NCBI GenBank assembly: GCA_020184695.1
Contig: JAANOX010000203.1
Location: forward strand, 30,986 to 94,985
DNA length: 64,000 bases
Direction: 5' to 3'
From: Histomonas meleagridis 2922-C6/04-290x
Taxonomy: Eukaryota; Protista; Parabasalia
Part shown: piece by piece, positions 10,930 to 22,622 of the stretch
Position numbering within the stretch: position 1 is the stretch's first letter
Layout of the letters: each line of letters begins with the position of its first letter
Notes under the pieces: generated by a model
What the model was told of the DNA's origin: nothing
Seen by the model: the letters and a program-made list of their open reading frames with translations, nothing else
The model's database searches: none
Translations under genes and position numbers: made by a program

Positions 10930-12000
10930 ATGGGAACTCTAAATTCAGAAACAAACATTGGATCCGTAGCATTTTCAAATTGTTATGATTTGACAATTTT
11001 GAAGCTTGGCACAGGATTAACAAATTTTGGAGATAATTCATTTTCAAATTGTATATCGATAATAAATATTACAATTCCAAATTCAGTTCAATCTGTTGGA
11101 TCCTCAGCTTTTTCAGGTTGTTATGGGTTAAAGATATTAACACTTGGCACAGGATTAACAGTGATTGCAAATGGCGCATTTTCGCAATGTTATAATCTTC
11201 AATGTATTTATTATTACGGTACCGTCTTCACAGCCATGGATTGGAGAAAGTGCATATTCTTCAGTTAATGCAACAGTTCTTACATATGGTGATGAAAGAT
11301 TTGGTCCATTTGCAGTGAATGATTATGAAGGATGAGAATGCATACCATTATTTACACATTCATTTTCAAGTTCAAACACATATACACAATCAAATACATT
11401 CATTAAATCAAATACATTTAGTAAATCAAATACGTACACTCAATCAAACTCATTCAGTAAATCAAATACATTCACTAAGTCCAATGCATTTATAAAATCA
11501 CTTCAAAGTTATTTATCTTTATCATTTTCTTATATAATAACCATTTCAGTATCTATTACCCATTCGTTAACTGTTTATGAAACGCAAATAATATCATTTT
11601 CATTATTTTTAAGTAATTCAATGTTTTCATATATTGAAACTAAATTTATTTATTATGATTACACAATTGTTATTTATACAACATATTATAATTATTATTC
11701 AAATTTCTATACATATATTAATATAAATGAATTCCTCAGTAATGACAATAATATAACGACAATTATTATTGTAATTGTTTTTTTGTTATTATAATTATTA
11801 TAACACTACTTGTTGTATTATTGATTCGAATTCCAAACAAAAAATCAGAAAATATTAAAAACGAAAGTTCAGAAGAAAATGAAAATGAAAACAAAAAAGA
11901 AACCACAAATACATTTGCAACAGGAATATCTATGTCAACAATTGAAGAAGATCCTTTCGCTGATGATTTCAAAGAAGATAAATTTATTGTGCAAATGTAA
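10930..12000 (+). pseudogene. BspA-like LRR surface protein, disrupted
   Basis: TpLRR repeats (IGSVAFSNC, VGSSAFSGC) and LQCIYYYG; a frameshift near 11235 and an in-frame TGA near 11332; then S/T-rich FxKSNT repeats, a TM helix and the tail EEDPFADDFKEDKFIVQM* ending at 12000. Confidence 0.8.
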
Positions 12001-12914
12001 TTTTGTTGAAATATTAAATTAGCTGATGCAATATTAAAGCCATTTTCTATTTTTAGAATAAACATTAAATTTCTTTGAGATTTGTTCTTTAATCATTAAT
12101 ATTAATTTCAATAACAAGAAATGCATTTTTAAAAATCATTGAAAAAATAAAAAAAAACCGCATTTTTTGTGCATTATATTTTTTTTTTTAAATTATTATT
12201 AATCTTTTCAACTTTAACTATTTTTTATTACTTCATGTCTTTAGTATAAAATAGAATTATTACTCAAAAAATAAAACACAAAAAATTCTTTATTTTTTTC
12301 TTTTTCTTGCAATCATTAGAAATATTTGATACGTAGTTAGACATGACATTACATTTACAAGTAGAATCTCTGCATCTACTGAATCCGTAATTGAGATACA
12401 TGTTAGAATCAACATTACATGTTAATTTCATTTGTTGTATTTATGTAATTCAATCTTATGCTTTTTGTGGGTGAACTTCATTAATTTCGTTGAAAGTGAT
12501 TTTCGCTTCTTTTGGGAATTATGGATTTTCTTGATACACTGGTTTGGAAAGATACTATTCATCAAAATACTTTAATTGGTATTATTTGAGGTAAAATACA
12601 AATACAAATAATTCTACATGTATAATCAACTTCTAATATAAGGAGAGCACGAATAATTTTCGAATTCATGATATTTTTTATAAAAAATCATTTTCTTTCT
12701 TAATGAGAGTATTTCATTAATGACTTCAATCTTTTATATAATGAGTGAATTATCGTTCATGCTAAAACCTTTATTTAATCACATTATTATATTAATTTCG
12801 AAGTTTATTAAAATTTTCTATCTTCAGAAATTACTTAGTATAAGAGAAGCCACAATTTTTCTTGTGTGTTATCATTAAATAATACATACACAAACATTTA
12901 TTCCAAACAATAAA

Positions 12915-13865
12915 TTACTTTTTCCTTCTGCTCATAGATTGCATTGTCATTGGCCTCGATGTTTGCCGTTCTGGGCTTCGAATGGCTTCGTCAATATCTA
13001 TCATGTCCTGAATAACGCTCTTCACGAAGTTAAACTTCTCCTCGAGGTCGTCTCCGACATTGTCTCTTCTTCTGTACTTGCTCAAGATTCCATTTGATGC
13101 CTTTTGATACATGTTTTCGATCGCGAGTCGAATTGTCGCAGCTTCTTCAGCCTTTGCTCTGTTTTGGTTTGCTTGGGTTTCTTGTAGATTTCGCTGTCTT
13201 CCAAATGCTTTAAAACTCTCTTCTTCGGCTTGTGCAATGCATTTGAGCTGATAATCAACTTCAACACTACATTTTGAAGAGGACTCGTCATATAGTTGCA
13301 TAGCGTCCTTAAGGCGCTGAAGCTCTTTCTTGGACCGCATAAGCTTGACATGAAGAGTACTACGCCATTTTGTTAAAGTATCATATTTCGTAACAATTCC
13401 TTGTATTTCATTAATGCCACCGTTGTTAGCAACCTCAGGAGCTGCTTCAAAGACAGAGTCGAGGTATTCTTTGTAAGGAAGTGATTGTTGAAGTTTTAAT
13501 TCAATGGCAGATTTTTTTTCCATCAACTTAGAATGTTCTTCAATAAGATGAGAAAGTTCTGCTTGCTTTGAAAGTAAAAGCTTTTCTTCGGATTGAAGGC
13601 GCTCTTCTTCCCTTTGACGTTTATTCCAATTATCAGTTACATATTGATCTTTAGAGTTAACTTCTTCTTGGTTTTCAAGATGCTTTTTCTCTAGCTCTTC
13701 TGCTTTCGCACGATATTGTTTCATTTTGATTTCATGTTGCTGCTTTTTGGCATCAAGCTTAACTTGCAAATCATATTCCTCGCGCTTTTTATCAATTAAG
13801 CGTTCGAGACCAGTTTTGCTCTCTGGAACAAGTCCTAAAAGCCTCCTAGCTAAAACTCTTTGCAT
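12915..13865 (-). CDS. CFAP73/CCDC42-like axonemal coiled-coil protein
   Basis: Coiled-coil ORF with YKEYLDSV and EIQGIVTKYDTL motifs; start placed at MQRVLARR. Confidence 0.6.
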   Translation of the reverse strand: MQRVLARRLLGLVPESKTGLERLIDKKREEYDLQVKLDAKKQQHEIKMKQYRAKAEELEKKHLENQEEVNSKDQYVTDNWNKRQREEERLQSEEKLLLSKQAELSHLIEEHSKLMEKKSAIELKLQQSLPYKEYLDSVFEAAPEVANNGGINEIQGIVTKYDTLTKWRSTLHVKLMRSKKELQRLKDAMQLYDESSSKCSVEVDYQLKCIAQAEEESFKAFGRQRNLQETQANQNRAKAEEAATIRLAIENMYQKASNGILSKYRRRDNVGDDLEEKFNFVKSVIQDMIDIDEAIRSPERQTSRPMTMQSMSRRKK

Positions 13866-13945
13866 GAAATTTTTGGTCCCAAAAATTCGACAAGTAACGT
13901 ACAAAATACGATAGGAAAGTGTCCAATGATTGAGAATTTTACATT

Positions 13946-14986
13946 ATGAACAAAAAGGGATTTATAAACACAGATATAGTTCATACCAAAAGCCCAAATC
14001 TCTTTGTATTTTTGGGATTCTATCTTCTGTTACAATTTTTTGTATGGATTTATATTTTAAAACCAAAACAACTTGAAATAATCAAATTTGAACAAATAAA
14101 AAAGGATACTCCAATTATAAATTGGAGCCGCATTTATGAAAGATGTTCGTTTTGCAGTTCTTTAACAGATTCTCATGGTAATTCTTCTCCAGAAGATTTG
14201 ATTCTTTCTGGTGTTTTTGGAAGTGAATATCGCGCTAAATCATTTTTAAGATCACTTCGTACCGTAGGTTGTAAAGCCACTGTTGTTTTTGTTACCAATT
14301 TAACAGTTTCAAAGAAAGTTATAAATGAATTTGAAGATTGCGGCGCTCAATTTTTCAAAATGAATTACACCAACGACCTTTTGACCATCAGCTCCCACTC
14401 ACTTCGATACATTGCGTACAACCAATTTTTATCACAGACTCCTTTTCAATTCAATCGAGTCCTTCACACTGACTCATTTGACGTATTTTTCCAAGCAGAT
14501 CCATTCACTCCTGATATCGATCCTAACTATCTTTACTTTGTTATGGAACAACCATTAATTATGAATTCGACGTGGAACAGTGGTTGGCTTGTTCGTGCAT
14601 ATAATGAATCTGTATCGAAGTCTCTTGGCAAATACCTTGTTTCTTGCTCCGGAACTCTTATTGGAGGTATGAATCAATTTCAGATATATCTCAAAACTTT
14701 GCTCGGCCATAAACCATTCTGGCTAAATGGTCGTCACTCATTGGACCAAGCGTATCATAACTATCTTTTACATACTAAAGCCTTCGAAAACAACGGAATT
14801 CACCCGAAATATCTCGGATGCAACTCGACCTTTTTGACAATGCATTACTGTTCGCGAGGAAAATTTAAGATACAAAATGACAGATTTTTGGGACCTGATG
14901 GAACAACAATACCAAGTGTTGTCCATCAATATAATAGATATGGTGGAGGACCACAGCTTATTAATAGGTTATGTGGTGGTAAATAA
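13946..14986 (+). CDS. Type II membrane glycosyltransferase-like protein (GT-A-like)
   Basis: N-terminal TM helix; HTDSFDVFFQADPF, CSGTLIGG, DQAYHNYL, VVHQYNR motifs. Confidence 0.6.
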   Translation: MNKKGFINTDIVHTKSPNLFVFLGFYLLLQFFVWIYILKPKQLEIIKFEQIKKDTPIINWSRIYERCSFCSSLTDSHGNSSPEDLILSGVFGSEYRAKSFLRSLRTVGCKATVVFVTNLTVSKKVINEFEDCGAQFFKMNYTNDLLTISSHSLRYIAYNQFLSQTPFQFNRVLHTDSFDVFFQADPFTPDIDPNYLYFVMEQPLIMNSTWNSGWLVRAYNESVSKSLGKYLVSCSGTLIGGMNQFQIYLKTLLGHKPFWLNGRHSLDQAYHNYLLHTKAFENNGIHPKYLGCNSTFLTMHYCSRGKFKIQNDRFLGPDGTTIPSVVHQYNRYGGGPQLINRLCGGK

Positions 14987-15334
14987 ATGGTATCAAACTT
15001 TATCGTATAAATAAATGTTAATTAAATCTCATAATATACTTTTTTTTACAGAAAAGCGAATTAAATATATCCAAATGATTCACTTATCAGAAGGGTTTTA
15101 CTGAGTTAAGAGTCGTTTTCACAATTAAAGCTCAAAATTTAATCGAATTTTAAAATTTGAAATACAAAAAAAGTTTTAAGTAAACATATTCTATTTGGAA
15201 TTTTGAAATCGCCATTTGTAACTGCGATCAATTATAATTTGGAAAGTCTGTTTTTTACCATACTTTAAATTATCTAAAGAAAATTTGGCGATTTAAACCT
15301 CTACAAAGGAACCGATGGACTCAAAGCTATGGAT

Positions 15335-15877
15335 TTACTTTTTGTCTCTTTCTTTCTTCTCCATAAGTTTTATGATTTTGGCATCTTTGATTGCCATTAA
15401 CTCCATCAGCATTGAAAGTTTAAGTTCCAATGCTTTAATTAGGTCGGATTGATTCTTTCCTTCTATAATCTTTTGGACAAGTAATTCTCGTTCTTCATCA
15501 GTCATTGGTAATTCTTTATGCGTTTTTTTTGCTGTTTTTCTTTCTCCAGTTCGTGTTTGTTTCTTTGGTTCTGTTAGATTAGCTTTAACATCAGAAAGTA
15601 CTTTTTCTATAAAGCCGGGTTTTGCATTTGCCAATCCATCAATTGTTGATTTATCAAGTGTTATCCCAATTTTTTTAAATACCTTTTGATTTAAAGTTGT
15701 CCAATTATATATTTTTGTGTCAACTCGAAGTGCTTGTGAGTAATTATGAAGATCAACTAATTTGGGCATAAATTTATGTATGACCTCTGCCATTAAAACT
15801 CCATCGCTAAAATCTCGTGCCATATTCCTTACCTTTTTTGATAGTGAAAGAGAATTTATCCATTCTTCTACTGACAT
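15335..15877 (-). CDS. SPEF1: SPEF1/CLAMP-like CH-domain flagellar protein
   Basis: ARDFSDGVLMAEVI...VDLHNY...KIYNWTTLNQKVFKK plus a C-terminal coiled coil. Confidence 0.85.
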   Translation of the reverse strand: MSVEEWINSLSLSKKVRNMARDFSDGVLMAEVIHKFMPKLVDLHNYSQALRVDTKIYNWTTLNQKVFKKIGITLDKSTIDGLANAKPGFIEKVLSDVKANLTEPKKQTRTGERKTAKKTHKELPMTDEERELLVQKIIEGKNQSDLIKALELKLSMLMELMAIKDAKIIKLMEKKERDKK

Positions 15878-15937
15878 TTTGTAATTGTATCGTTATATGA
15901 TTATAACGGAATTTTTCATGTCACATGTCGCCGCCAA

Positions 15938-17929
15938 ATGGCAGATCGTTCAGAAAAATTAATTTCATGCGCAGGAAAACAACCAACTTTATCAGCAACG
16001 AAACCTTCTATGTGTATATCAGAAGATACTTTTTATTTACTTACAAATGAGCTTTGGTGTTTTTCATCTGATTTTCAATGGAAGCAAATATTTCCATTAC
16101 CATTTTGTACGCGTGAAGGTCAATCAATGATATCTACCCCAATGGGAGTTGCCTTTTTTGGCGGCATAGAAAATGGTAATTTTCAGAATGATTTATGGAT
16201 ATATCATAGAGGTGAATGGATTTATGTCGCATGCAAAATTTCGCCTCGTGCATATCATGCAGCAGCGTGGGATGATCGAGGTTTCATATTAATATATGGA
16301 GGAAGGAATAATGACAATAATCACCTTAATGACATGTATTTAATTGATACAACCAATCAAGAAACGATTAACATTTCGATTCCAAACCTTCCAACATTTT
16401 ATGATCATTCCATTACATGTCTTACAAATTCAAAATTTGCAATTTTTGGCAAAACTACAAATCATGACAAGCTTGAGTTCTATACTTTCGAACTCCAACA
16501 AAACACATGCACGAAGTTAGACAGTGTTTTTGACAATTTTTGTGAGTATGATCATTATGCCAATCTTATTTTTGACATGCTTTTCATCTTTTCTCCTAAC
16601 AATGACAAACTATGGGTCTATGAGTTTACGCACAATGTATGGATCCCATTAATTTTTGATTTCATACCAACATACGGATTCATTTCAAATGAGTTTTGTA
16701 CATCTGAAAACAAAACACTTTTTTTGGTTGACAGCAAATTTACTAAAGTTTTTACGTATCAAATCTTCACGGACTCACCGAATAACGCCAATTATCATAA
16801 TCATTCGCAGTATATCAATTTTTTGTCTCATTACATAAAAGAAGGAATCAAAAATTACGAAAAGTTGAAGTCGCCGTTTAAAGAAGACATTAATAATGAA
16901 ATGTCACAACTTATATCGAATCGTAATTCATTATCATTTGACTTACAAAATAACGAAATTGTTAATATTGATTTATCAAGTAAAATATTCGAACTTAATG
17001 ATGAAATCCAATTATTAAACAAAACAATTTCGAAGATAACCATTATAAATAAATCGAAGAACTTAAATAAACTTAAAAAAATCAGTAAAAAAAATAATAA
17101 AAACAAAAACAAAAAAGATAAAAGTGATTTGAATATCGTCATGAAACAAATCAAAATAATTAAAGAAAATAAAAAAACTGAAATCAAAGAATTAGATGAA
17201 GAAGTTGAAAAATTATCAAATGACATCCAAAAAATTTCGTTTTATTTCCAAACTCAAAACAATTTGCAGTTTAAAGGGAATTACGAAGAAATTTTGCAAA
17301 ATTCGCTTCAAATTTGTAAAGAAATTCAATACCAAAGAGAAAATTTGAATGAGGCAAAAAGTGAACTGGCAAAAATTGAAAACGATAAAAATTCAAATGA
17401 TTTTGAATTGTATTCAAAAGTTTGGGGTGCCTCCAAAAAATTAAATGATTTACAAAAATCAATCATGAAATCTAGAATTAAATACAGTGAATATTTAGTT
17501 GATTCTATAAAGAAAAGAAATGAAGGATTGAATTTAGTACAATCAAATATGGATATTGTTATCGATGATTATTTCGATTTATTAAAAGAAAAACAAAAAA
17601 TTGAAAATTTTGAAAGTAAAATTAAACGGTTGGATACGTTAACAAATGATCTGAAAAGTGACAAGGCCAATTATCAACAGAAATTGTCGAAGGCGATAAA
17701 GATCATTCAAAAAGTGGGAAAGCAACAAACAAGAAGAAGATCATCAACATCAAAAACAAGGAAACATAAGAAAAGGAAATCAAGTAATAATGCACCTAAA
17801 AGTGCTAATTCATCTCCAAGAAATGATTTTGCTTTGACACCTTTTGTGGATGCAAGAATGAAAAAAGAAATTTTTGTTAGAGATATTAATCAAATATTGG
17901 ACAAGATCGAGAAAGAAATTAAATATTAA
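15938..17929 (+). CDS. Kelch-repeat plus coiled-coil protein
   Basis: FFGG...NDLWIY, PRAYHAAA...LIYGG...LNDMY kelch motifs; C-terminal coiled coil. Confidence 0.75.
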   Translation: MADRSEKLISCAGKQPTLSATKPSMCISEDTFYLLTNELWCFSSDFQWKQIFPLPFCTREGQSMISTPMGVAFFGGIENGNFQNDLWIYHRGEWIYVACKISPRAYHAAAWDDRGFILIYGGRNNDNNHLNDMYLIDTTNQETINISIPNLPTFYDHSITCLTNSKFAIFGKTTNHDKLEFYTFELQQNTCTKLDSVFDNFCEYDHYANLIFDMLFIFSPNNDKLWVYEFTHNVWIPLIFDFIPTYGFISNEFCTSENKTLFLVDSKFTKVFTYQIFTDSPNNANYHNHSQYINFLSHYIKEGIKNYEKLKSPFKEDINNEMSQLISNRNSLSFDLQNNEIVNIDLSSKIFELNDEIQLLNKTISKITIINKSKNLNKLKKISKKNNKNKNKKDKSDLNIVMKQIKIIKENKKTEIKELDEEVEKLSNDIQKISFYFQTQNNLQFKGNYEEILQNSLQICKEIQYQRENLNEAKSELAKIENDKNSNDFELYSKVWGASKKLNDLQKSIMKSRIKYSEYLVDSIKKRNEGLNLVQSNMDIVIDDYFDLLKEKQKIENFESKIKRLDTLTNDLKSDKANYQQKLSKAIKIIQKVGKQQTRRRSSTSKTRKHKKRKSSNNAPKSANSSPRNDFALTPFVDARMKKEIFVRDINQILDKIEKEIKY

Positions 17930-18470
17930 AGTATTTGTGATTCATTTATATCTGAGTAAAATTTATTGTTTTCTTTTTTTCCTTTGTTTAATTCAATTTA
18001 ACAATAAAATTATCTTTTTGTAATTTATTATTCAATTCTTGATTTGGAAGGTGTTATTTTTATAATGGAACTCACATTGGATATGGTATATCTTGCACGT
18101 TTTTATATGAAAAATATACATTCTCATCATGATATTATCAAATAATTCATTATTCATAAAGAAACTATTTAATAAGGTTATTTTTTGCAAAATATATATT
18201 ATTAATAATCGAGTTGTATATCAAAAAAGGAACACAAAGTTTCGTTTTTCTGAGATCTAATAAAATGAAAAAAAATTATAAAATTATTAATAATCGTGTT
18301 GTACATATTTGCTTTTACTTTACTATCACAAAATAGCATTTTATATAAACGAGTTATTTATATAACTCAAATGCATTTTAATTTTATGAATTCATTTCAT
18401 TAATTTTTTAAAAATATATAATATATATACAAATTATACCCGATATCAACTCCAAATTTTTATTAACTTT

Positions 18471-20234
18471 TTAATTATTTATTATTACAATGTTATCACT
18501 TTCTGCTACATCATCTTGGTTACTCATAGCTAACATAGAAACACCGAATGCAAGAGCATTATGCTGATTGATCCCAACTATAAGTTCTTTACCGAAATAA
18601 TCTTTGATCATTTCTTTAACTTTTGGAATATCCCAACAATTTCCAACGAGTATTATATTATCTACATGATTTCGTGATACACGCACTGTATCAAGTATTC
18701 TTTTGATTAATATCATAATTTTATCAAACAAATTTTTATTGATTTGAATGAATTCTTCTCTTGTTAATACATATTCTGTTTCTCCAATAAATATTTTCAA
18801 GTTGGGTTGATACAAAAGTTCAAATTTTGCTGTTTCACAAAATCTTCTAAATGTGTTCATCTCTTTGAAATTAAGTTTTAGATCTTCATTATGCGTTTTC
18901 TTAATGATATAATCCATAACATTTTGGTCAATATGTTTTCCACTTATATTTATATCACTTTCTTCTGATTCAATATCAATTTTTTGATTTTTGGCTTTAA
19001 CGATAGAAACATTAAATGTTTCGATTTCATATTCGATAATTAAATTAATTTTCCATTCGTTTGTATTATTCATTGTTATTGTTTTTGGAACACGAAGTGT
19101 ATTTGTGTTTATGTTTTCATATATTATTTTTCCTTTTTTAATTTGTTTGCATGCAAATGCTGCGCCAATTGCAATAGTCACTTTGGGATCAATTTGTAGG
19201 AATGGGTTTTTCCCAAAATAATTTTTAATTATTTCATAAAGATATTTCGCTTGCGCACCAACAATGATAATATGATCCACATCATATTTCGATATAGATG
19301 CTTTTTCAAGTAGTTTTGTGATATTTTCAATTATTTTTTCACATACATCTTTATTAATTTCATTAAACTTTGCTCTTGTTAAATGGTATTCAATATCTTC
19401 AGTGAAGTATATTTTAGTTTGAACTTGAATCGAAAGTATTTTGTATGCTTTTTTACAACTTCTTTTAAGCTATTTCATCATTCTTGGTATAGATCTTAGA
19501 TGTTCTGAATGAGTTCTTATAAGAATGTGATCCATTATATTTCGAATTATATCTCTATTAGGGTTCGTGCAGATATCAAATGCAATGATGTTAAATGATA
19601 AATTCTTTGCTTCGAGTAGTGATATTTCTGTAAAATCATCATTAAGTAAATCGTAAATTAAAAAGGTTTTCTTTTCTTTAAAGAGATCAAAATGAGAATG
19701 ATACGCAAGAGCTGCAGCTGTTGGGTTACTAATAATTTTAATAAAATTTATTCCTGCATAACGGCCAGCTCGAAGAGTTGCTTCGCGTTGATTGTTGTTA
19801 AAATGCACTGGAACTGATATCACTGTATCGCGTGTTCTCTGTTTTCCAAGGTAACAGTTACCTACATTTAATAGATATTTTAGAAACTCACTTAAGACTT
19901 CTTCTGGTTTAAAATCTTGTAAAAACGGAATTTTGATAATAATTTCATCATTCGCTTCTCTTGAAATTTCAAAAGGCCACTCATTTCTCTTTTCCTGAAT
20001 AAAAAGATCAGAAAATTTTCTTCCAATCATTATATCCAAATCATAAATTGTAGCACTTGGATTCATGAAAGAAGTATCTAATGCACATTTACCAAATCTT
20101 ATCTCTTTTTTTAAAAAAGAGACAACTGAAGGAATACATCGAGATTGATAACCATCACTAATAACACAATAGTCTCTCTTGGAAAAATAAGCTATTGATG
20201 ACTTTGAACCAAAATGAATCCCAAAGCACGCCAT
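18471..20234 (-). pseudogene. Atypical Hsp70-like protein (ATPase-domain-like only) with one in-frame TAG
   Basis: GIHFGS, IPSVVSF, VISVPVHFNNNQREAT, ISNPTAAALAY; the two ORF-track pieces are in one frame, separated by TAG at 19470-19472; no substrate-binding domain. Confidence 0.75.
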
Positions 20235-20406
20235 TATATAAAATTAACGTCCTCCTAAGTGACAAAAAATACTTTTATGCTTTGTTATGTTTACAAAATT
20301 TTGTAGCGCTACTTTTTTGATTCAAAACGAGATCTGAATGCTATATCGTATGTGTGAGAGTCAATCCAACACGGACAGATATCGGAACATCATTCTTAAT
20401 AATTTA

Positions 20407-21743
20407 CCCTGATGTCTTTCCAATTCGCGATTTTTACGACCGTTTATAGTATTCAAAAAATAGTAAACGGCCTAGTGTGGCCACAATGCACAGCAATATA
20501 TTTCCAAGAAAACCCCATAAAGACTACACGAATTACAAAAAAAGGCCAATGCTCGAATGTGTTATAACTCAAATTTCAAGAGGATACCCAAGAATTTCTA
20601 AGATTGCACAAACAAGTAAAATTCCTGATTCCACACTAAGATTATGGAAAGATATATTAAAGCATAATCCTGCTTGGAGACCATGGAATAATGATCATGG
20701 AAGTGGTCATAGGATATTTACAGACATAGAAGAACAATCAATTAAGGATTTTATTGTCAGTTGTTTTTTACAACCAGGTTTTGTATTTACCAATGAAGAC
20801 TTCATAATAATCGCTATGAATGCATATCTAACAAAATATCAAGATATAACTAATTTTAAAAAAACGAAAGATTTTTTAGTTTCACACCAATTTATCGCAG
20901 ATTTTAAGAAGAGAAACCATCTATCTTCTTGAGTTTTACATCCTAAAAGGAGACCAAATGTGACTGATAAAGAAAAATCTAATTGGATCGATACAATACA
21001 AAACCTTCTTACTTCTGTTGATCATAGTAGAATTGTCAATGTGGATGAAACATGCTGGAAGTGTTTTCCCAAATGGTATGGTAACTTGGGCAGAAAAAGG
21101 ATCTGATGGAATATCGATCAACTTAAATTCTTCACCGAAGGCATCGATAACTGTGCTGGCGAGCATACGTTCAGATAGAACCAAAATTCCCCTTTACTTT
21201 ATAACAAAAGGAAAGACTGATCTTGTAAAAACAACACAAATTGGTGATGTTTCACCTCACATGTCCACCCACTCAGAAAACGGATGGACCACTGAGGAAA
21301 CGTTTTATGAGTATTTACTGTTCCTCCGGCAACACTTCAATGACGAAGATCCTATACATTCGTTACTTGACTCATATAAAGCCCACAAATGTCAATTAAT
21401 TATCGATTTGGCAGAAACTCTGAAGATTAAATTATATTTCATACCACCCGGTATGACTGATGAATTTCAACCATTAGATCGAAGGGCCTTCGGGTGTTCG
21501 AAGGCTACAGCACGTTATCTGTTTCGAAAAGAGTACAATCAAAACAATGAATTTACCAAATTACAAGCAGCACAATGCATGGTTTGGGCATGGGAACACC
21601 TGCAACCCAATATAATCCAAGAGTCTTGGTCAATCTATGAATGAAACATTTATTCATTAATTTTCTTTCAGACAGAAAGTATTCATATTGAGAGAAACGG
21701 TTTTTAACGGTCGTAAAAATCGCGAATTGGAAAGACATCAGGG
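20407..21743 (+). mobile_element. pogo/Fot-like DNA transposon (DD35D), 1337 bp
   Basis: Perfect 38-bp TIRs CCCTGATGTCTTTCCAATTCGCGATTTTTACGACCGTT (20407-20444, 21706-21743) flanked by TA on both sides. Confidence 0.92.
20477..21644 (+). pseudogene. DDE_1-type transposase, disrupted
   Basis: VNVDETCW, LLDSYKAH, 35 residues to QPLD; TGA at 20930-20932 and a frameshift near 21068. Confidence 0.88.
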
Positions 21744-22622
21744 TACCTTGTTTTGATCGTTTTGAATTGAAAAAGTGGCGCGATAATATTTTTTAAAAGT
21801 GACTGGAGTATAAATTTTTACAACTTTTTCTCAAAACTAAGCATAAGAATCTCAATAAAACTTTGGTATCATTTCACCCAAATCATCATAATCATATTTG
21901 AAAATAAAGATGAAAAAATGTTCAATTTTTTTTATGCTTGATTTAAATAATGTTTTACATCAAAAAATAAATATTCATCTTCTGGTGTACTAAGAATGAA
22001 AGCATAAAAAAACCATGATTCTATATGTAAATTTATTAATGCCATTAAGAGGGTAACTTTGTTAGGTTACACAAAAGCGAGTTCATAAAAACATTAATCA
22101 TATCCATGATGACTGGTTTTCAAAAAACACCACCGAGCTTGATGGCACTTTTTATGAAGAAAATTTAAATAATATTATTCTCAATTGTAATGTTTATATT
22201 TACACTTCATTGAGAAGGATCCACTTTTTGAAGCCTTCACGAACTAAATTAGGAATTTCTGGAAATGAGCATAAAAAAAAATAATCATGCTGTGGCAGCA
22301 TGTAGGACATCACATTGAATCCATCTTTTCAATTTCATATATGAGGAAGACAAGAAATGGATCAATCTGGAAGAAAATATTGTGCTTGGACAAAGAAAGG
22401 AGACAAAAAACTCAAAGATTTAAGCAGCAGCTTTGGCGGTGATCTCGATAAATTAATGAAATATTGTCCTGATCGCTCTGAGTCAAAAAAAAAAAAAAAG
22501 AATGAACGTTAAGTAAAATTCTTAACTTTACTTCACTATTTTTTGTGAGAATAATTAGTCGGAACCACTCTCAAGAGATCAAGAAATCAAAGAAAAAAAA
22601 ATTATAATCAACACGACAAATA

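Noticed and set aside
22050-22490. Coding-like debris downstream of the pogo element
   Set aside because: No continuous frame or recognisable family, so no call can be supported.
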